A DNA stretch of 61,320 bases, the filler included. It is 10 parts of 10 records of this genome, joined end to end, with 100 filler letters (N's around TTAATTAATTAA, not from the genome) between each part and the next. Parts side by side here need not be neighbours in the genome. Positions count along the whole stretch, not along the records: positions 31,474 to 37,571 come from SRR31147125_321962; positions 37,672 to 42,824 come from SRR31147125_322847; 8 more parts are not named here. One strand, given 5' to 3'. This document shows, one piece after another, positions 31,614 to 40,145 of the stretch (its first letter is position 1; each line of letters starts with the position of its first letter). Under the pieces are notes generated by a model that ran no database searches, had not been told where the DNA came from, and saw only the letters and a list, made by a program, of their open reading frames with translations. A program made the translations under genes and the position numbers.

Positions 31614-33368
31614 CTACACCCAACGAAGCAGACGCCCCAATTGCCCGGCCCTCAAATAAACATTCGCCCCCAACCGCACACAAACCAACCTCTCTTCAGT
31701 GAGCAATCGTCGAAGCTCAGTGGTCAAGACCCGCAGCTTGTCGTATCCTTGAAGATCCAGGGCAGCCTGTTTTTCACGCCACCCCCGCCCATATCCCGGC
31801 GACTCGGGAAGCGATGCCACATCCTCAACCAGCCGGGAATCAGCCACACAGCCACCCGCCAACACCAGCGCATGCAGGCCGTCCCCGCCCGCCCCTTGGC
31901 GCCATGCCACCACAGAATCGGAAAGCCTCGCAAGCCAGCGCGCCCGCCGCATCTGATGACCGACATGCCTCAGCAGCCCCTCGATACGACGACAAACCAA
32001 ATCAGGGGTCCACTCGACCGGCGTCTCAGCAGCGGCATCTACCTTTTCCGATTCCAGATCGTCCCCATCCTTATCCTGAAGCCCCTCATCGACCGACACC
32101 AACCGCTCTTTCCAGCTGTCACGTCCCACTCGCAACAGCGCTCGCCAGAGACCAAGGCGCACCATGAGGTCGGTATGCTTCTCCCTGAAAGCCTCGATCC
32201 CCAGGGACAGAATCGTCTCTTCCGGACATACCCTTGCCGCCAATAGCGCCTTCTCTTCCGCGCAAACACGCTCCACCCCACCGATGCGTGTCGACAAAGC
32301 AGATCCAACCGAACGCACGAAGCCGACCACTCCCCTTGAGACCAAAGGCCCTATAGGGCAATCAGCAGCGGGCCTATCCGATCTTCTACCAAAATCCCTC
32401 GACACAAAAATCGGCGCCCGATCCGCCTCCGTCAACGCAACGTTGTAAGGCGGCGAGCACCGCTTGATCGCCTCGGACTCCAGCAACGCCGCCTCGAGCG
32501 CCGTCCCGGTGACCGTCACCTCGATGTCAGCCGCCTGGGTCAGCATCTCCAGTACACGCTCCGAGTGCCGCCGGCTGGGCTGAAAATAGCTGTTCACCCG
32601 CGTTTTAAGCGAACGCGCTTTACCAATATAGAGCAGGTCGCCATTGGATCGCAAAAACCGGTATATGCCTGGTTCACCGGGCGCTTTGCCACGTCGGCCG
32701 GACGGCATCGGATAGCGTCGCGCCGCCCCTCCCGAAACCGGCCGTTCATCCATCCAACAGCGCAAATCGGCAAGAGACACGACGCCCTCTTCATCAGCCA
32801 ATCGTCGCACCAGATGGCGCCAAATAACGGCTGTGGCACGCACATGTCCATCACAACGCCGGGCCGGCGGCACCGAGTACCCCAAAAATCCGGCCAACGC
32901 CCGCAACCCTCTTCTCGGAAGCTTCGGGTAAAGCCGCCTGCTGATGTCATGGGTGCAGATGAATTGGAAAGGGAAATCGGCGCCCTGACCATACTGCCGG
33001 TGAAGCGCCTCCAGAAAAGGCCGTTCAAATCGTGCAAAATGGATCACCGCCGGGCAACGCGATACGTTGCCTTGGCGAGCCACCTCATCAGCAGCTCCCG
33101 AAAGATGCCGCCACACCTTTTTTGCCGGTACGGCATCTCCCATGATGTCCGGTTGAATGCCGGTCAATCGCCGCACCTGGGGCGACAAGGCAACACCGGC
33201 AGGCAGGTGAACAAGGAGCTGGTGGACCGCCAACGCATCAAAGGACAAAACGTCCGCAGCCCGGTAGGGCAACCAGCCCACCTCCAATAAATGTCCCTTT
33301 GCCGGCGAGTTGGCGGTGGTCTGACAATCCACCAGCAGTGCGGGGAGTGTAAGAAGGCACTCGATCAT
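31614..33368 (-). CDS. DnaQ/DEDDh-like domain fused to a UvrC-type GIY-YIG endonuclease
   Basis: VDCQTT, RRLTGI, IHFARFE, ICT..SRRLYP.L, then PGIYRF...LYIGKA.SL..RV.SYF...ALEAALLE...PPYN. Confidence 0.85.
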   Translation of the reverse strand: MIECLLTLPALLVDCQTTANSPAKGHLLEVGWLPYRAADVLSFDALAVHQLLVHLPAGVALSPQVRRLTGIQPDIMGDAVPAKKVWRHLSGAADEVARQGNVSRCPAVIHFARFERPFLEALHRQYGQGADFPFQFICTHDISRRLYPKLPRRGLRALAGFLGYSVPPARRCDGHVRATAVIWRHLVRRLADEEGVVSLADLRCWMDERPVSGGAARRYPMPSGRRGKAPGEPGIYRFLRSNGDLLYIGKARSLKTRVNSYFQPSRRHSERVLEMLTQAADIEVTVTGTALEAALLESEAIKRCSPPYNVALTEADRAPIFVSRDFGRRSDRPAADCPIGPLVSRGVVGFVRSVGSALSTRIGGVERVCAEEKALLAARVCPEETILSLGIEAFREKHTDLMVRLGLWRALLRVGRDSWKERLVSVDEGLQDKDGDDLESEKVDAAAETPVEWTPDLVCRRIEGLLRHVGHQMRRARWLARLSDSVVAWRQGAGGDGLHALVLAGGCVADSRLVEDVASLPESPGYGRGWREKQAALDLQGYDKLRVLTTELRRLLTEERLVCVRLGANVYLRAGQLGRLLRWV

Positions 33369-33429
33369 TTAGAAACACGGTCCGTAGGCCATGTCGCGTA
33401 GCAGTTCCCAGGATCCACCATCGGGCCCG

Positions 33430-36400
33430 CTACTCTGGCGAATCCTTGGCACGCCGACGTAAAGCTACTTTCCGCCAGCCGCCATCTGTACCCAGACACT
33501 GCCAGGCCCATTTCAACCACCCCAGCAACGACCAGGCCAGCCAGAGAGACCACGCCAGCATCAGCAGATGAAACACCCATACGGGCAGCGTAATCATCCA
33601 CGGTTGAGGCATGCGCTCTTTGATCTGATCCTGGGTCCAGTTCAGCACCATCTGGCTCGATTGGTTTCCGGCGATCTGCATCTCCGGCTGTCCGACCAAC
33701 CCCGCCTTGACAGCAGCAAACAGGGCCATGAGCGCCACCAGGCTCCACAGGACCAGACCGATCTGAATGCCGTTGAATGGCAGCCAGTGCCCCGGCATGG
33801 GAGCCTTGGACCTGAGCCCAAGCACCACAATCCAGCCGACGATCAGCAGCGCCATTGCTGTCGGGATCTGGGTCAATCCCAGAAGCAGCAGCAACCAGTG
33901 CCAGCTCTTCAAGGGTGTCAGCGGCAGACGCCCCAGCACCAGGGAGAGCAGGACAATCGCAACCACATAGCTCCAGAAAAGCACCGCCGGTCCCCATGTC
34001 GGGCCACCGACCATGATAATCCAGCGTTCGGCCGGTACGTTAACGGTCACCTTGGCATTGACCGCCGCTTGACCGACCTTCACCTCCGGGACCTTGAAAT
34101 AGGTGCCGAACGCGGCCAAATGGTGCCACTGGATGCCCACCTTCTGAGTGCCGGGTTGCAAAGGCACCGTCACGTATGCCCCGTCCTGTCGCACCGGCAG
34201 GCTCCTGCCGTTGATCTCCACCAACTGCAGGTTGGCCCTGGGCGGCAGCTCCACTGTATGCTGGCCGCCTCTGCTGGTACGAAGACGCAGGGAGAGCTCG
34301 CCCTGCCCGAAACGCTGGCCGGGTGTCACGGTCAATACGGCGCTGTCGATGGTTTTGGTCTGACCGGCAACGGCCGCCGGTCGATGCACCCCAATGGTCA
34401 CCCGCTCACCCGGCCAGGGCTGCCATTGTGGTTGCCACTGGCCAGAGGCATCCTGATGGTGCACGGCGGCAATTCCTTCGGGTTCGCAATGCCAGATGGC
34501 GGCTGCATCCAGAACCCAGGTTTCAGTCCACGGAACGGCTTTGGGCGCAGTCAGCTCAATCGACGATTCGATCTTCAGCACCGAGCTGAAAGAGATCACC
34601 CGTTGGGATGGGGCCATGTTGATCAATGCATATTTTTGGGCATATTTTTGGGCATACCCTTGAGCCTTGCCTTGATCGACCTGAATGCCTGCCGTTGTGA
34701 CCGATTCATTTGCAATTAACGGAATGGTCGCCACGACAGGTGCACCCGTGGGGGTCAGTCGGGTCACCGTTGTGGAAACTTTCCAGGAGAGCCCCAGATG
34801 AAGCACCCGTTCCACCTTCATAAACGGAGGCAAACCGTTGGCGGGCCTCTCTTCGCTCCGTCCACGATCAGACTGCAGACGGGTCAGCTGGATGCTGGCG
34901 CCGGTCCTGCCCTCGGTGTCGATGCCGTCCAGGCGCCAACCTTGAACGCTAAAAGAGGCATTGTGCGGACGCAGCGGAAGGGGCATCTGGATAGCAGCCG
35001 TCTCCCCGGCATCGCCACTGAGCACAACGGTATGCACACCGGATGGCACCAAAGCCCACATCTGACCATCATCCGCGATTCGCAGACCGCTGATCGGGGC
35101 ATTGTCGAGCAATATCTGCTGCGGCACCCACGACTTTCGATTGATCGGCAACGGAACGGCCATCCGGTCGGCGCAATGGATCTTCATCAGAAGCTGCACA
35201 TCGTCACCGGACGCCACTACCTCCATGCGCGCTATCTCTGCGCAGTGGGGCAGGCAATCGGGCTTCTCCAGCAGCCGCTTCCGAAGCTCGTCCAGAAGTT
35301 CGGTCGGCGGATAGGCAATGGATTCAGCGTAGCTCGGGCCGGGTCGCACCAAAGCGGCGCACAAAGCGGCCAGCAGCACAACCGCTGCCAGATCAAACCT
35401 TTCACGCAACCGCTGCCACCAGGGCTGCCACCAGGCACCCTTACCGACCAGAATCAAGATCAACACGACCACCAGGACGGCTCTGGCTATAGAGAGAAAC
35501 AGATTCACCGCCGGGGAGAGCAGGTAGAATCGAATCGACTGCTCTTTGGCGACCGGCCCGCTCCACCCCAGCCGGATCGATTGCCAACGCCAATCGGGCA
35601 ATCCAGGCCCGGTGGGGATCAAGGCATCCGGATCGTGCCGTTCCAGCTTCTCTTTTTCTTTTCCGAACGTACGGAAAGGGATGCCATTGGCCGTGCGGGT
35701 TTCACTGCCCTTTTGCGGCTCACCACCTCATCGGCCATCCGCCCCTCCATTGGGGCGGACGCAAGCTCTATTCCGGCAGATGTCATGTGACCACTTCGGG
35801 GAGCCAACTGGGGATAGATCCCCCAACGTATCTGCTGAACGATGAAGGGAACTGCAAAGACCAGCAACACGGCCACCGAACCGATGCCCCACAACATCAC
35901 CAGACGTCTGAACCACCCCACCGGTAGCAGCGGCAGCAGGGCCAGTACGGCCAACAGGTGGAGCCACACCAGACGCGGTGCGCCCGGTTCGTGCCAGATC
36001 AGGGCCATCGTCAGCAACGCCAGCAGGCCCCAGGGCCATGATCGTAATTTGACAACCGCCAGTGAAATGATCATCAGCAGGAAGAGATCGAGCAGGGACC
36101 AGCGTTGCAGCCAGGCGTCCGACACCCGATCCACCCCGGCCGCCGCGAACAGCCGCCATCCCGGCGGCAGATTCAAAACACCGGCCACTGCCTGAAAATC
36201 GTGATCCCAGCCTGCGGCGGAGATGGTCGTTGACCGGTCGGGCAGGCGCGCATCAGCCTCGAGGTTCAAATGGCCGCGTCGCAACTCGACCCCCATCTTC
36301 TTCTCCGCCCCCTGTTCGGTAATCACGCGCTCGCGGCCATCAACTGCGACACGCCCTAAAACCAGAGGGGCATCGACCGCCAATGACCACCGGCGGCTGA

Positions 36401-37512
36401 GGGTACCGCTGACCTTATCGTGCAACGTAAAGCCGCTGCCGTCAAAATCGAGCCACCAGGTCCGATTCAGAGAGAGCCGATCGGGTGCCGGGTCCGGATC
36501 TCCCCGGCGGATCTCCTTTAGGGTCATGGCGCTGCCCGCTTTGATCAAATAGGCGGGATATCGGCGCCAAGCCGTCGGCATCTCCGTCTGGTTCGGCTCA
36601 AGAGGCGGCACATCGAGCACCTCCACCATTCGGATGGCATGCCGCGACTGGAACGACCACACCTCATCTCCGTATGGGCATTTACCGGCACTGATTTTAT
36701 GCCGGGGGCCTGCCATACGAGCAACCACGACAATCTCCCAGCGACCGGCCCTGACCTGCACAGCCACCCCCCTTGGCATCCAAACGCGCCGGCAAGGGGC
36801 TCTCCACCGACATCGGTGTGCTGCCGTCCATCAACGCGCCTTCCAGCACAATTTCGCGCGGGCTGCCTGACACATCCAACCGCATCAATGTGGAGACCTG
36901 CATGGGGATGGTGTCGTCGAACATACGGAACAGCTTTACCCCAATCCGATCCTCGTCCCGCCTGCCCCCCTCTCCCTCGCGAAGCCATAAACGCCCCAGG
37001 TCGTCAATGACAACGCCCCGGACCTTGCGACCTTCAATGGAGAGTGACAGCAGGCCGAGTTCCGGCGGCACCTGGATCATCTCCGGCACCCGTCGCCATG
37101 AAAAACGCCCCATAATACGATGCTCGCCCGGCAACAACCGCACCATGGGCTTGCCGCCCCGATTGAGCACTGCCGCAGATTGACCGTCAACAGTGACACT
37201 GTCCGGCCAGAGTTCGGGATTGCCCGGCAGGGTAGCCCACCCCTCGGCAAATGCCAGCCAGCGCTGTTCAAAAGTACCGCCGCTGTTCGCCACCTCCAGA
37301 TCGAGCCGTGAAGGCCACTGGCAGCGTGCCGCAGCGCCATTGTTGTAGTCGGTGGGGCAAAGCGCCGCTTCATGGCCCTTCAGCACCCAGGCCTGCCACG
37401 CGTCGAGGCCGGGAGGGATCTCACCCGACGCCACAGCCACCATGCCTATCGAAGAGAGGGCCAACAGCAAAAAGAGACAGATAGAAACATACCCTGCGAA
37501 TCGAATCATCAT
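33430..37512 (-). CDS. Large (~1360 aa) exported/multipass membrane hypothetical protein, two frameshifts (about 36767-36772 and 35650-35662)
   Basis: Three overlapping same-strand ORFs join at homopolymer runs (…ARLDAKG|VAVQVRAGRW…; …SEKKK|KLERHDPDALIPTGPGLP…). N-terminal signal peptide and two TM clusters. Confidence 0.75.
34628..34675. repeat. In-frame 12-bp tandem repeat
   Basis: GCATATTTTTGG x2, then GCATACCCTTGA and GCCTTGCCTTGA. Encodes QGKA-QGYA-QKYA-QKYA. Confidence 0.8.
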
Positions 37513-37571
37513 ATCGAAGCCTTTGTGGTCGTTTAAACTCAATGCCACTTCTCTACCGGTGGCACCCCTTA

Positions 37572-37671
37572 NNNNNNNNNNNNNNNNNNNNNNNNNNNNN
37601 NNNNNNNNNNNNNNNTTAATTAATTAANNNNNNNNNNNNNNNNNNNNNNNNNNNNNNNNNNNNNNNNNNNN
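37572..37671. other. Artificial contig spacer
   Basis: N44-TTAATTAATTAA-N44. Confidence 0.98.
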
Positions 37672-37880
37672 TTTTTCTCTCACGACACTTCGCTGCGCTC
37701 ACGTCTCCGAGAGGCGGGCTGATCGGGCCACAGTCGTGGTGTTGTAGCGCGAAAAAAATGCTGACATGAAAACGAAAAGAAAGTGTCAGTGTTTTTGAGA
37801 GAATAGGTTGCGCACGAAAATCTTTTCCCGGCCCCTTCATTCCAGCTCAGCGCCTCCTAAGCTGACACCCCCCTCCCACT

Positions 37881-38363
37881 CTAAATCTGCGCTGTCTCAG
37901 CCTGCGCCCACGCCGCGCGGATCGCTGCTTCAGATAGATCGACCTCCGGCGCCACCTGGGCGGCAAGAGGCGCGAACTGCGCGACCGCTGCGAGCGTATC
38001 GTTTAGAGTGAAGAAGCGAGACGCCCTGCGCGCCACAAGGGCCGCGTAGGTTGCCCGGTCGGTGTCCTTCGTGGCGTCCTCCATGGCCGACCAGATATCG
38101 CCCAAGCCGGTGAATGCCAGCAACCACGCAAAACGCGCAGGCGACAGGTCAGCGGGCCCAGTTTCTGGCGGCTCGACGTAGACCCACGCGCCATCCTGCC
38201 ATTGATGATCGGAAGACGGGCGAGCCTCTTGCTCAACGAGAGAGAATTCATCGAGGGTCCAGTCAACCTCCGCCCGCATGACGATGCGCCCGTCAGGGAG
38301 TTTGAAGCGAGCGCCGGGTGAAACCAACGACACATATTCAGAATTTTGGAGCAGTTTCAGCAT
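37881..38363 (-). CDS. Phage tail-associated protein (possible fibre assembly protein)
   Basis: Last gene of the tail operon. The HQWQDGAWVY...P motif is typical of fibre-assembly proteins. RBS GAGGA. Confidence 0.6.
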   Translation of the reverse strand: MLKLLQNSEYVSLVSPGARFKLPDGRIVMRAEVDWTLDEFSLVEQEARPSSDHQWQDGAWVYVEPPETGPADLSPARFAWLLAFTGLGDIWSAMEDATKDTDRATYAALVARRASRFFTLNDTLAAVAQFAPLAAQVAPEVDLSEAAIRAAWAQAETAQI

Positions 38364-38373
38364 TCATGTATCC

Positions 38374-38946
38374 TCATGCTTTGTAGACAAAGCGCCACCT
38401 GTGCGATCCGCCTTCGCTCTTACCGTTTACAATCGACACCGATGGGTTTTCGTTAAAATCGCCAATCCACACGCCGCCTTCCAATTCAACAGCGGCATCG
38501 CCACCGGAATATCCGATGTCCACGCCAGACCCATCAATTGTGCCTGAAGAAGCGTTGTCTCCAGAGTCCCGCCACACCATGTTCATAGCCCCGAGAGGCG
38601 CACCATAACCAACGGTAGATACTGTGCCGCTACCTACATCTGACGAGAATGCCAGAGGGGACCCGGAACTATGTCGCAGTATCACTACCCTCTCAAATGA
38701 ATCCCACACTGCACCGATGTCCGCCAACGTGGCTATCTTGATAGAACCCCTGACGAACCTGATCAGGTAATTGCCGCTGATCAGGGATGTAGCCCCGGAC
38801 GGAGTTGTTATCGAGGAGTCGAACTTGTACTGAAAGATCAGCAGGAAGTCGCCAACTTCTATGTCGTTCGTGTCTGCTGTCGAGAGTGCCGTAAGCTCCC
38901 CTACACCTAGGTTAAATGTAGGTAGAGGCATCAGTGGAAAGGTCAT
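38374..38946 (-). CDS. Phage hypothetical protein, possible fibre tip/adhesin
   Basis: ATGA overlap with the fibre gene. G/S/D-rich and beta-strand-like. GC looks lower than in neighbouring genes. Confidence 0.6.
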   Translation of the reverse strand: MTFPLMPLPTFNLGVGELTALSTADTNDIEVGDFLLIFQYKFDSSITTPSGATSLISGNYLIRFVRGSIKIATLADIGAVWDSFERVVILRHSSGSPLAFSSDVGSGTVSTVGYGAPLGAMNMVWRDSGDNASSGTIDGSGVDIGYSGGDAAVELEGGVWIGDFNENPSVSIVNGKSEGGSHRWRFVYKA

Positions 38947-40136
38947 TGCAGTGCCACGACGGCTACAGTGCTGTAGGCGCCCTCTTTCGTAAACCGAAGG
39001 CTAAAGGCCTCGCCAGTCGTTGTGCTGATTGCGTCCCCTTGAACAGAAGAGAACCCGGCGCCAAAGGTCACCACGCCCGGGGCGGCACCGTTCACCAGCT
39101 GCACGATCATCGTATACCAGCCTGCGACAGACGGCGGATCGATCTGAAACGCACCCTCGTTCCCGACCGTTTGGATATTTCCATTGGTTACATCCGGGGC
39201 GAGAGTTCCGGAGGAGATATCGCCGATCGGGTGCGGTGTGGTGACGATGATGCCTGCGGAGAGGGCCGCTGCATCCTGTTGCGCGAGTGACTTCAGCTCA
39301 AGCGCAAGACGCGCAGCCGCTTTGTCTGGCACATCGCTCAGACTGTTTGCCGCCATCAGGACGCCTTCCGCAGACACATAGGCCGCGCCCCATGCGGTCC
39401 CATTGTAAACCCGCATAACCTTGGAGACAGAGTTGAAGTACAGCTCACCGCCGTCCAACGCACTGCCATCGATGTCGGTCGTCGGGTCCGCTGCGAACAT
39501 TCCAAGATATTGATCCTGAAAGTTCGCGAAGGCCGACAGCGCCGCGTCACGGGCCGCGAGGGTTGCGGCTCGATCCGCTGCCGTCGCCACGGCATCTTGC
39601 CCAGTAGCAACCCGATCAGCCGCCGTCGCGACGGCATCCTGACCGGTGGCCACCCGATCCGCTGCCGTCGCCGTCGCATCCTGCCCGGTGGCAACCCGAT
39701 CCGCTGCAGTGGCCGTCACGTCTTGCCCGGTGGCAATTCTGTCAGCCGCTGTCGCCTCTGCATCCTCTGCCGCAGCCGCTGCCGCGAGGACGATGGCCGC
39801 TTGAATGACGCTGACCTCAGCCAGAACGAGCGCAGCGAACGGCGGTTCGGCATACCATTCCCATGAGCCGGTCCCAGCGTCGCCGGTCTTCCAATAGAGG
39901 CCGCGCGCTTCGACGACATTGTCGCCCCACACCAACCCGACAAACCCGGTGTCCCACGCCAGATCGGCGTCCAGTTCCGCGAGCGTTTCATAGCGAGGTC
40001 CATTGATCTCGCCGGGCAACATCTTGAGCAAGTCGCTCACTTTGATCCGGGCCGTCGTGCCATTCCGATTGCCGATCAACTCGTCGATCAGGCCGACAAG
40101 GTTCGAGATGTTGTTGGTTTTCTCACCAGTTGCCAT
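38943..40136 (-). CDS. Phage tail fibre-like protein with 14-aa repeats
   Basis: Follows the J-like gene. Ala/Thr-rich repeats, GELYFNS...RVYNGTAW and ANSLSDVPDKAAARLAL fibre motifs. RBS GGAG. Confidence 0.78.
   Translation of the reverse strand: MATGEKTNNISNLVGLIDELIGNRNGTTARIKVSDLLKMLPGEINGPRYETLAELDADLAWDTGFVGLVWGDNVVEARGLYWKTGDAGTGSWEWYAEPPFAALVLAEVSVIQAAIVLAAAAAAEDAEATAADRIATGQDVTATAADRVATGQDATATAADRVATGQDAVATAADRVATGQDAVATAADRAATLAARDAALSAFANFQDQYLGMFAADPTTDIDGSALDGGELYFNSVSKVMRVYNGTAWGAAYVSAEGVLMAANSLSDVPDKAAARLALELKSLAQQDAAALSAGIIVTTPHPIGDISSGTLAPDVTNGNIQTVGNEGAFQIDPPSVAGWYTMIVQLVNGAAPGVVTFGAGFSSVQGDAISTTTGEAFSLRFTKEGAYSTVAVVALQ
39561..39755 (-). repeat. 42-bp tandem repeat, about 4.6 copies (ATAADRVATGQDAx)
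   Basis: Visible in both the DNA and the translation of the fibre gene. Confidence 0.92.
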
Positions 40137-40145
40137 GTGTCTCTC

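Noticed and set aside
39561..39755. 42-bp repeats as a possible CRISPR array or DGR template/variable pair
   Set aside because: The repeats are contiguous, in frame and vary mainly at synonymous positions. There are no spacers, cas genes or reverse transcriptase anywhere in the window.
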